From positions 62,001 through 126,000 of the IMG/VR virus record IMGVR_UViG_3300023184_000024: DNA of 64,000 bases; one strand, given 5' to 3'. Every line of letters begins with the position of its first letter. Position 1 is the first letter of the stretch. Below, piece by piece: positions 55,477 through 62,731 of the stretch. Under the pieces are notes generated by a model. The model was not told where the DNA came from, searched no databases, and saw only the letters and a list, made by a program, of their open reading frames with translations. A program made the position numbers and the translations under genes.

Positions 55477-55899
55477 ATGAAACACACTATTCTACTAGAA
55501 AATGGTACATATCTGCAGGTCAATGACCTGGGCTGGACTGAGCGTAAGACGCCCCGGCAGTACAAAAACCTGGCAGAAGCCCAACATCATTTACAATGGG
55601 GCATTGCCATGTGCCACACCAATGTCAAACTCAGAACAGACTACATTGCGGCCTATCATCGAGACAAAACTAGATTTGAAAAGGCTGTTGCCAAAGAACA
55701 GTCTCTAATCAAAAAGCTAGAGACACAACCTTATAACAAGGTAGCAGATCAGATTAAGAAAGCACTATTCAACATTGATCAACTCACTGTTAAGTTTTAT
55801 CCCAAAAGCCGTCTTGAGGACTTCAAGCGTGACACCAAGTTTTTGGCGAGTGCCAAAAGAGTACTGGCCAACAACCCCAGAGTTGTTGCTTTAGGTTGA
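55477..55899 (+). CDS. Hypothetical protein
   Basis: AAGGAG RBS. Confidence 0.68.
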   Translation: MKHTILLENGTYLQVNDLGWTERKTPRQYKNLAEAQHHLQWGIAMCHTNVKLRTDYIAAYHRDKTRFEKAVAKEQSLIKKLETQPYNKVADQIKKALFNIDQLTVKFYPKSRLEDFKRDTKFLASAKRVLANNPRVVALG

Positions 55900-55924
55900 C
55901 CAAAAAGGTCCAATTTAGTATAAT
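55896..55924 (+). promoter_or_regulatory. sigma70 promoter (cassette 6)
   Basis: TTGACC-N17-TATAAT, then CATAGTAAGAAAAAGGAG. Confidence 0.85.
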
Positions 55925-55953
55925 ACAAGCATAGTAAGAAAAAGGAGAACACA

Positions 55954-56265
55954 ATGATTGCAGAACTAAATCGATTAAAAGCATTAAAAGAAAGCCCCAG
56001 CCGTGGCGTCAGGGATGAGATTGAGATTTCTCAACTGGAAACTATGCTGGGCCAGAGTGCCTATTATGATCAACGACATGGCGGTCCTTACGATCGCGGT
56101 CAGGCAGACAGCTACTACGGTCGCGACTATATGCCGCATTACTTTGTGAGAGACACTCACCGTAGTCCTAGAATTGACATGGCGCAGATGACTGAGCATG
56201 AGATTGTGGCCTATACCGCAGGCTATCGCGACAACGAAGCCAATGGCGATAAGAAGGAGTGGTAA
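55954..56265 (+). CDS. Hypothetical early protein
   Basis: RHGGPYDRG.ADSYY motif; AAGGAG RBS. Confidence 0.7.
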   Translation: MIAELNRLKALKESPSRGVRDEIEISQLETMLGQSAYYDQRHGGPYDRGQADSYYGRDYMPHYFVRDTHRSPRIDMAQMTEHEIVAYTAGYRDNEANGDKKEW

Positions 56266-56266
56266 G

Positions 56267-56452
56267 ATGAGTAAGATGAGCGATTTATCAATTGAAATTG
56301 ACAGCATGCTAGAAGCAGGTTACTTGCCTGTGACCATTGCTAGAAATCTAGAAATCCCAGTGACCTGGGTCTACGAAACCGCCGACGTAGATACCGATGC
56401 GGACGAGGACATCACCGATGAACTCAGCCCATTTGAAACCATCAACAGTTAA
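56267..56452 (+). CDS. Hypothetical protein
   Basis: Start ATG 56267 after AAGGAG. Confidence 0.55.
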   Translation: MSKMSDLSIEIDSMLEAGYLPVTIARNLEIPVTWVYETADVDTDADEDITDELSPFETINS

Positions 56453-56461
56453 GGAACTGCC

Positions 56462-56863
56462 ATGACCATGCCTGCTGGAAAGTATTACATTGGTGACTTG
56501 TGCTATGTCATGCATGACGAATGGGACGAGTGTTGTAGCCTTTTCTTTCCCACTAACCAAAGTGGCCGTGGCGTAGAAGGTGAGTTCCAACTACGTGACG
56601 GGCGACAATTTGCCAGCTTTGGTACTGCCTACGGCGATGGCGAATACTACGACAACATGGGCGACAGTCATTGCGTGGACTCGGGGTCAATTGGTTGTAT
56701 CCGTGTGGCGGACATTCGCGATGAAACCTACGGCAACATTGAATCTTTGGGTTCCGTTGTGGAATTTAAAGAACCCTTTGAAGTTGAAAAAGTAGGCAGA
56801 GGCCTGCTGAAATTTGGACACGTGGAAATTGATACAGATCCTGTCTATGACGAAACCTATTAA
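56462..56863 (+). CDS. Hypothetical protein
   Basis: YYIGDLCYV, TAYGDGEY, VDSGSIGC motifs; AAGGA RBS. Confidence 0.7.
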   Translation: MTMPAGKYYIGDLCYVMHDEWDECCSLFFPTNQSGRGVEGEFQLRDGRQFASFGTAYGDGEYYDNMGDSHCVDSGSIGCIRVADIRDETYGNIESLGSVVEFKEPFEVEKVGRGLLKFGHVEIDTDPVYDETY

Positions 56864-57167
56864 CAAGTTAGTTGACAATGGCCGGGTGGCGGTGTTATAC
56901 TCGCCGGGCTTTGGCGCAGGTTGGTCAACTTGGAATCAAGGAGTGCCAGATCTCATGTTTGATCCTGCTATTGTAAAATTTGTAGAGGATGACCAATGGG
57001 CAGAGTTAAACACCTATGTCACACTCAAGTACCCGGGTATCTACACAGGCGGCATGAGAGACTTGGCTGTAGCCTGGCTACCTGTGGGTACTGAGTTTCG
57101 AATCGGCGAACACGACGGTGCAGAAAACATTGAGGTAAAAGACAACCAACTTTGGTTTGTTGCCTAA
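56847..57167 (+). CDS. Hypothetical protein
   Basis: VAVLYSPGFGAGWSTW motif; start approximate. Confidence 0.65.
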   Translation: MTKPINKLVDNGRVAVLYSPGFGAGWSTWNQGVPDLMFDPAIVKFVEDDQWAELNTYVTLKYPGIYTGGMRDLAVAWLPVGTEFRIGEHDGAENIEVKDNQLWFVA

Positions 57168-57227
57168 TTGCATTGACTTGTAATTGGATTTGCTGTAAAA
57201 TTTGACTTTAAACAAAGGGTATTAACT

Positions 57228-57749
57228 ATGATCACTCTCAAAGAATGGATGGAAACCGTTGACTATCGTATCACAGAAGGCAGTGAATACACTTGGAATT
57301 GTTTTGGCAACAATTCCTACAGTCTAGATTCATGGAATGGTGAACAAGATGGTCACGCATTCCATATTATTTTTGATACTCGCACACAGGAAGTTTATCA
57401 AGTTGATGCTCACGACTACAAGAACCGTCGTAGTTATCGAATGACCAATCCCGACTATCTTGACGCCTACAACAAGTCAGTTAAACATCATAGCATCAAT
57501 GATGTTGCCTATGATGATGTTAAATTTATTGACTTGGAAGTTGAGGAAGATTGGCTTGAAAAAGCTCGTTGTATCTTCCTTGGCAACGATTACGACACGC
57601 GAGTACAATTGCCCATAGATTTTTCAGATGAGGAACTGTTGACTCACATGAAGGCCGCACATGACATGGATATTACATTTAATCAATACGTTGTGCAGGC
57701 CCTGACAGCGGCCATAGACAATCATCGTACAACGCAGGAGTCAAAATGA
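57228..57749 (+). CDS. Hypothetical protein
   Basis: 173-aa ORF after a TTGACT..TAAAAT promoter-like site. Confidence 0.7.
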   Translation: MITLKEWMETVDYRITEGSEYTWNCFGNNSYSLDSWNGEQDGHAFHIIFDTRTQEVYQVDAHDYKNRRSYRMTNPDYLDAYNKSVKHHSINDVAYDDVKFIDLEVEEDWLEKARCIFLGNDYDTRVQLPIDFSDEELLTHMKAAHDMDITFNQYVVQALTAAIDNHRTTQESK

Positions 57750-58054
57750 ATATTGTAAAACCACACCCAAATGTTTATATACGCACCACAGTGAACATTG
57801 ACTTGAGTGCCGAACAATGGGGACTGCACACAAGTTCGTTTTCTCGAACAATGGTTGAGAAGGTTGCTACATTCCTTAACAAAAAAGTCACACATACCTT
57901 TAACATTGGGTGTGATAGAAAAACTGTGGAAGAACACTTTAATTGTCTAGCAGATCATTTTAAATTATACGGTGCCACTAACAAGAATACTCAAGCTATT
58001 CTTAAAGGCTTGCTGGATGAACTGTTTAGTAGCCGTGCTATTAACAAAAAATGA
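57746..58054 (+). CDS. Hypothetical protein
   Basis: AGGAG RBS, coupled. Confidence 0.6.
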   Translation: MNIVKPHPNVYIRTTVNIDLSAEQWGLHTSSFSRTMVEKVATFLNKKVTHTFNIGCDRKTVEEHFNCLADHFKLYGATNKNTQAILKGLLDELFSSRAINKK

Positions 58055-58377
58055 CCGATGACCAGCAATTGTTTTGGGACATTATTTCCTGCAATTATTC
58101 TCGCATCAGCCATGTCTGGGGGCGAGAAATGCAGGACTTGGTCATGAGAAACAAGATGAAAAAGTTTCACCGTATGGCTGACAACTGTGTTTCTGCTGTG
58201 TTGTTGTGGCCCGCTGATGCCAGAGCTCGGGCAGTAAAAACTTGGTTGAGCAGTTATCGGTTACCATTTGATCCCAGGCGAATGGACTCATTTGATGATT
58301 TTCATAAAACAACTGCTTCGTACATTTTTAACAATGCTAAACATATCCACAGCTACGATGAGAATTTGACTACATAA
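58051..58377 (+). CDS. Hypothetical protein
   Basis: Coupled ORF. Confidence 0.55.
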   Translation: MTDDQQLFWDIISCNYSRISHVWGREMQDLVMRNKMKKFHRMADNCVSAVLLWPADARARAVKTWLSSYRLPFDPRRMDSFDDFHKTTASYIFNNAKHIHSYDENLTT

Positions 58378-58385
58378 AAGATCAC

Positions 58386-58462
58386 GGGCCGTTAGCTCAT
58401 TAGGTTAGAGCAGTGGACTCATAATCCATTGGTGGAGTGTTCGAATCACTCACGGCCCACCA
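58386..58462 (+). tRNA. tRNA with CAT anticodon, probably Ile2 (lysidine type)
   Basis: GGGCCGT/ACGGCCC acceptor, CUCAUAA loop, encoded CCA; D/anticodon arms resemble E. coli ileX. Confidence 0.85.
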
Positions 58463-58481
58463 AATATATTGAAAGACTAAA

Positions 58482-58730
58482 ATGAAAACAACAGATAAAA
58501 AAATCAAAGTTGAATTTGCACCAGGTGCGTTTGATGATTTCGAAGGCACACAAGAAGAGCTGGATCAACTGCAAGAAGAACTGTTGACATTGTTTTCTGA
58601 GTTGACTCCTGAAGAATTGTCGTTGAGAAGTATGCCAGTTGATCTTGATGCGTTGAGTGCCGAAGATCCTGATGTTGCTGAAAAGATTGCAAACTTTTTA
58701 GGCGATGATGCTACACGAGTACTGCAATAA
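58482..58730 (+). CDS. Acidic hypothetical protein
   Basis: 82-aa ORF. Confidence 0.6.
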   Translation: MKTTDKKIKVEFAPGAFDDFEGTQEELDQLQEELLTLFSELTPEELSLRSMPVDLDALSAEDPDVAEKIANFLGDDATRVLQ

Positions 58731-59290
58731 TGGCCAAGATTGCTAAAAGTCCTGACCGACATACCTTTCAAAAAGAAGGTTATATTAAACGCATGAAAGA
58801 ACAGGGCAAAGAGCCAAATCCCGACTACGTTGAAATGTATAAAACTTGGCGTGTGCAGGATGAGGCTAACGTAGTAGATCCTGCTTGGCAAAAAGACAAC
58901 ATGGAGTACGACTTGCGTGTTGCAACTTGGATCTGCGACAAAGCCAAGGCCAGCGAGGCATACGCTCAAAACTTGTATGCGGCCATGTGCAACAGAGACT
59001 TCATGAAAAACGACGTTATGCCAATACTCAAAGATCAGCGTTGGAGTGCCAGTTGGCGTCATGCAGGAGGCATTGTTGCTGACATGCGGGAAGAAGGTGA
59101 CTATATTGATTGGTACTGCTCGGGCATTGGCGGTACGATGGCTGGCGGCAATGAGTCTGATCCTGCAATAGAAGAGGCCATACTGGCTAGAAAAAATTAC
59201 GTGCCAGAGGGCACCATCACTGACGAGATACGAGAAGATTTATTCCGACTGGGTTGGATTGTGTTGGAAGAAGACGACAACGACCAGTGA
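58730..59290 (+). CDS. Hypothetical protein
   Basis: YAQNLYAAMCN, WRHAGGIVAD, DYIDWYCSG motifs. Confidence 0.7.
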   Translation: MAKIAKSPDRHTFQKEGYIKRMKEQGKEPNPDYVEMYKTWRVQDEANVVDPAWQKDNMEYDLRVATWICDKAKASEAYAQNLYAAMCNRDFMKNDVMPILKDQRWSASWRHAGGIVADMREEGDYIDWYCSGIGGTMAGGNESDPAIEEAILARKNYVPEGTITDEIREDLFRLGWIVLEEDDNDQ

Positions 59291-59499
59291 CGCAGGTAAC
59301 ACTTTTACATATCAATGTTGACAAGGTATTTCAAATAGTTGGCACCTTGAAATCACAGGGCTATCAACTTGGCATTGATTTTGATTTTGCTTACTATCAA
59401 AGCCGATGGGACGAAATGATCGGGGAAATCCCTAGATCAACAATCTTTACTTTTTATTCTGACAGCGTGGCGCTATGGTTTAGTTTAAAGTACCGTTGA
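59287..59499 (+). CDS. Hypothetical protein
   Basis: GTGA overlap start at 59287. Confidence 0.55.
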   Translation: MTQVTLLHINVDKVFQIVGTLKSQGYQLGIDFDFAYYQSRWDEMIGEIPRSTIFTFYSDSVALWFSLKYR

Positions 59500-59519
59500 T
59501 TGACGTGTAAATACTTTGA

Positions 59520-61274
59520 ATGACACACTCGATTGCACTAGTACAAGCCAATGATATAATAGGTAACAATGTTAGGTTACCATTGGCCATCGGTGTACTT
59601 TGGCAGCAGGCAATGACTAGTACACTTAATTCTAACAAGTGGGAATTAGAAAAAATAGTTCACGCTAAATTACCCGTAAACGAAACAGCACAACAATTGT
59701 CGCACTGCGATGTTGTTGCATTTAGTTGCTATGTGTGGAACTTTGAATACCACATGCAACTGGCACAAGCTATTAAAAAAATAAACCCAACTTGCTTTGT
59801 AGTAGTTGGTGGTCCTCAAATACACACAGGGTTTGTGGACTTTTGGCCAGCATGGGGACACTGCATAGACTTTGCATTACTGGGCGAAGGTGACAACAGT
59901 TTTTGCCAATTGTTGGAACAGTGGCCCGCCCAACAAAGCAGTGCCATTCCGGGTGCCTGGACCAAAGACTGGTGTCAAGGCGAAGCACCAAGAACTGAAA
60001 ACCTAACTACATTACCCAGTCCGTACTTGAACGGATTCTACGATTCAATCATCCAAGAAGAAACAGCCAAGGGCCATTATATTGAAGCTGTGCTCCAGAC
60101 CAATCGAGGATGCCCATACCATTGTACTTTTTGTGAAGAAGGCAAAGAGTACAAAAATAAAATGTTCTTCTACGACGAAAAACAAATACGCCAAGAAATA
60201 GAATGGTTTGGTATCAACAAAATTGAAATGGTGGACATTGCCGATGACAATTGGGGAATTGCTGACAGAGATGTTGACCTCATGCAGTATATCTGTGAAA
60301 CAAAACTCAAATACGGATACCCCAACGTGCTCGATGCCACGTATGCCAAGAATGCTCCTGATCGATTATGGGCAATTGCCAAGATAGATCATCGATTCGG
60401 AACCAAGTTGATCAGAGGTATAACATTTGCATATCAAAGCAACAACACAGAAACACTGTCTGCAATTAAAAGATTCAATCTTGTGCCAGACAAGCAGTAC
60501 CAACTGATCAAAAAGCTAAAAAGTATCGGAACTCCTACCTACGTAGAAATGATCTGGCCACTGCCGTATGAAACATATCAAACATTTTGTCAGGGCATTG
60601 ACGACACAATCGACCTAGGACTTGATACTTGGTTACAAGTGTACACCTTGGGTATGAGTCCTTCCACTGATTTATATGATGATTTCGTCAACAGCTACGA
60701 CTTGGCTGCTAGTAAAAGTAATCAAAGTTTTATACCTGCGTTTGCAACCCCTGTCAGTAATAAGTGGGTGACCAACGAAACAATGATACAAGGGCAGGTA
60801 TTTTATACGTGGCTAGCGGTGCTGTATTATTTTGGGTTTGCAAGGCCTGTACTTGAATGGTTTAAATTATCAAAGGGACAAACAATCACTCAAACTGTTG
60901 ATAAATTCATTGAGTTTGCCGGCTCAGACACAACGTTGTGTGCATACAAAGAAAAAATCAACAACTACTGGCAACAAAGTATTTTAAAACAACCATTGCC
61001 TGACATTGGTATGTTTAAAAATTCCACAGACTTTTGGCAACCATACACGCATCTGGCCAGCTGGTTACAACACGATCATGACAATTTTATAGTCAGCGTC
61101 GGCGAATTTTTAGAATCACAACAGTTAGATACATCGGACATATCAAGGTTGACAGAGAAACTCAAACACTGTATAGTTAAGTTTTCCCACAGTGATGCTG
61201 ACAAGTTTTTTAATTTTTGCCAGCAATACTATTTCTACAAACGAAAATCTGGTGCATCTTATGTGTCGCCATAA
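59520..61274 (+). CDS. Cobalamin-binding radical SAM protein
   Basis: N-terminal LPLAIGVL, AFSCYVWN and VVGGPQ (B12-binding domain); TNRGCPYHCTFC. Confidence 0.88.
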   Translation: MTHSIALVQANDIIGNNVRLPLAIGVLWQQAMTSTLNSNKWELEKIVHAKLPVNETAQQLSHCDVVAFSCYVWNFEYHMQLAQAIKKINPTCFVVVGGPQIHTGFVDFWPAWGHCIDFALLGEGDNSFCQLLEQWPAQQSSAIPGAWTKDWCQGEAPRTENLTTLPSPYLNGFYDSIIQEETAKGHYIEAVLQTNRGCPYHCTFCEEGKEYKNKMFFYDEKQIRQEIEWFGINKIEMVDIADDNWGIADRDVDLMQYICETKLKYGYPNVLDATYAKNAPDRLWAIAKIDHRFGTKLIRGITFAYQSNNTETLSAIKRFNLVPDKQYQLIKKLKSIGTPTYVEMIWPLPYETYQTFCQGIDDTIDLGLDTWLQVYTLGMSPSTDLYDDFVNSYDLAASKSNQSFIPAFATPVSNKWVTNETMIQGQVFYTWLAVLYYFGFARPVLEWFKLSKGQTITQTVDKFIEFAGSDTTLCAYKEKINNYWQQSILKQPLPDIGMFKNSTDFWQPYTHLASWLQHDHDNFIVSVGEFLESQQLDTSDISRLTEKLKHCIVKFSHSDADKFFNFCQQYYFYKRKSGASYVSP

Positions 61275-61327
61275 TGTTGTTTTTTGACAACATACTGGTT
61301 GACAAGGTATAAATAAACACATATAAT
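61275..61327 (+). promoter_or_regulatory. TGTTG-N8-CAACA operator plus sigma70 promoter of the attenuator/tRNA region
   Basis: GTTG(61276)-N8-CAAC(61291); TTGACA(61299)-N17-TATAAT(61327). Confidence 0.8.
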
Positions 61328-61337
61328 AGAGACTATA

Positions 61338-61448
61338 ATGAACTCCGCTCATTTAAACGCACTGTCAGGACAGCAGAAAACTACAAGTTATTTGTGGTCA
61401 CCTGTCTGCCCACGTACAATTGATAATGAGATACCGGGTTCTGAGTAG
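61338..61448 (+). CDS. Putative 36-aa leader peptide
   Basis: MNSAHLNALSGQQKTTSYLWSPVCPRTIDNEIPGSE*; begins near the predicted TSS; the stop lies in the 5' arm of the antiterminator. Confidence 0.45.
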   Translation: MNSAHLNALSGQQKTTSYLWSPVCPRTIDNEIPGSE

Positions 61449-61513
61449 AATCAAATTTAACACATTTTTTACTCAGAACCCCGGGAATTAAAACTTCCGG
61501 GGTTTTGTTTTTT
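61436..61513 (+). terminator. Intrinsic terminator with overlapping antiterminator hairpin (attenuator)
   Basis: GGGTTCTGAGTA(61436)/TACTCAGAACCC(61481) 12-bp stem overlaps terminator AACCCCGG(61477)...CCGGGGTT(61504) plus T-tract. Confidence 0.75.
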
Positions 61514-61521
61514 AGGACAAC

Positions 61522-61689
61522 ATGAAAACAGAAAACGATTTATATAAAAGAATTGAAGAGAAGAACAACATCTTGTGCAAAGATCTGTACAAACAGCTCA
61601 TTGACGGTAAAATGCAACGAGCTTCTATTCAGCATCGAGCACATCAGAAATTAAAAGATACTACAAAATCTTCTCAGAAATCAATGTAG
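61522..61689 (+). CDS. 55-aa basic hypothetical protein (below ORF-track cutoff)
   Basis: AGGA RBS; first ORF after the terminator. Confidence 0.5.
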   Translation: MKTENDLYKRIEEKNNILCKDLYKQLIDGKMQRASIQHRAHQKLKDTTKSSQKSM

Positions 61690-61793
61690 TATCAAAGTGT
61701 TGACAGGAAACGAGGTCCTGTGCTACACTCAAAACAAGCACAAACGGGCGGTAACGAGGATGGCTTATCTTTTTGTAGATAAAAAAATTCGTT

Positions 61794-61858
61794 ATATTGA
61801 AGCATTCTTGTCCATGGAGTTGGGAACGGGAAGATAAACCGTGAGAGTGTTTCAATAT
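61794..61858 (+). other. Long hairpin in tRNA-cluster spacer
   Basis: ATATTGAAGCATTCT / AGAGTGTTTCAATAT, 15-bp stem with GU pairs. Confidence 0.6.
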
Positions 61859-61888
61859 GCACATTCCTCAGAGTGTGTTATTGAATTT

Positions 61889-61963
61889 ATCGCTGTCGTT
61901 CAACGAACAGGACACCATGCTACGAACGTGGGAATGGAGGTTTGATTCCTTCCAGCGATACCA
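61889..61963 (+). tRNA. tRNA-Arg(ACG), non-canonical elbow
   Basis: ATCGCTG/CAGCGAT acceptor, CUACGAA loop, CCA; D-loop G18A19 and T-loop U56. Confidence 0.8.
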
Positions 61964-61965
61964 GG

Positions 61966-61994
61966 TTGACCAATAATTGGTTTGGTAGTATAAT
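61966..61994 (+). promoter_or_regulatory. sigma70-type promoter
   Basis: GGTTGACC-N17-TATAAT directly after tRNA-Arg. Confidence 0.8.
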
Positions 61995-62015
61995 TTGTTT
62001 TTTAAGGAGAAGTGT

Positions 62016-62210
62016 ATGAAGCACAAGATGATCGTGCCACAACGTAACCCCTTCGTTGTGTTGGCACTAAAACGCAAAGCGGGTAGTCATCGCAAGAGCA
62101 ACAAAGCTCTGCGTCGATGCGAAAAATCTAGGGATCGTGGTGAAGCGGTATCACAGCAGACTTTTAATCTGCCAATCCCGAGTTCGAATCTCGGCGGTCC
62201 CACCATATAA
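62016..62210 (+). CDS. Small basic protein whose 3' end overlaps tRNA-Lys
   Basis: AAGGAG RBS; QRNPFVVLALKRKAGSHRKSNKALRR; the frame continues through the tRNA. Confidence 0.5.
   Translation: MKHKMIVPQRNPFVVLALKRKAGSHRKSNKALRRCEKSRDRGEAVSQQTFNLPIPSSNLGGPTI
62131..62205 (+). tRNA. tRNA-Lys(TTT)
   Basis: GCAGA-CTTTTAA-TCTGC anticodon arm; TTCGAAT; CCA. Confidence 0.92.
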
Positions 62211-62271
62211 AAACACATTGGTGTTGGTTTAACAAATAAGTAAACCTAGTTATAGTGTGTTTCTATATGGT
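62202..62271 (+). other. Long hairpin in tRNA-cluster spacer
   Basis: ACCATATA/TATATGGT plus AAACACAT/GTGTGTTT and inner GGTTTA/TAAACC. Confidence 0.6.
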
Positions 62272-62277
62272 AGAGTT

Positions 62278-62367
62278 GGAACGGTCCCATAATGGTATTG
62301 GAGCGGATTGCTAATCCGTCGAGTGGTGAAAGCCGCTTTCTGGGTTCAAGTCCCAGTCGTTCCGCCA
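62278..62367 (+). tRNA. tRNA-Ser(GCT)
   Basis: TTGCTAA loop, long variable arm, G73, CCA. Confidence 0.93.
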
Positions 62368-62374
62368 ACATTTT

Positions 62375-62450
<76 letters not shown>

Positions 62451-62457
62451 AACATAT

Positions 62458-62533
<76 letters not shown>

Positions 62534-62541
62534 ATTTCTTA

Positions 62542-62633
62542 ACCTCGGTAGTTTAACGGTAAAACAGCGGATTTATATCCCGTGCGCAACAGATAATTGG
62601 CCAATGTGGGTTCAACTCCCGCCCGAGGTACCA
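62542..62633 (+). tRNA. tRNA with TAT anticodon (nominal Ile-AUA) and a 22-nt variable arm
   Basis: ACCTCGG/CCGAGGT acceptor, TTTATAT loop (anticodon 62574-62576), 7/5 fold, A73, CCA. Confidence 0.75.
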
Positions 62634-62641
62634 TCAAGTTT

Positions 62642-62715
62642 GTATCCATAGTGTAATGGCAGCATCGCGGTCTCCAAAACCGTCAGTCTAGGTTCGAGTC
62701 CTAGTGGGTACGCCA
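62642..62715 (+). tRNA. tRNA-Trp(CCA)
   Basis: GCGGT-CTCCAAA-ACCGT; G73, CCA. Confidence 0.94.
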
Positions 62716-62731
62716 AATAAAGGAGCATAGT

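Noticed and set aside
61661-61864. Additional tRNA or tmRNA between 61700 and 61880
   Set aside because: Hairpins are present, but no cloverleaf, T-loop consensus or CCA end could be built.
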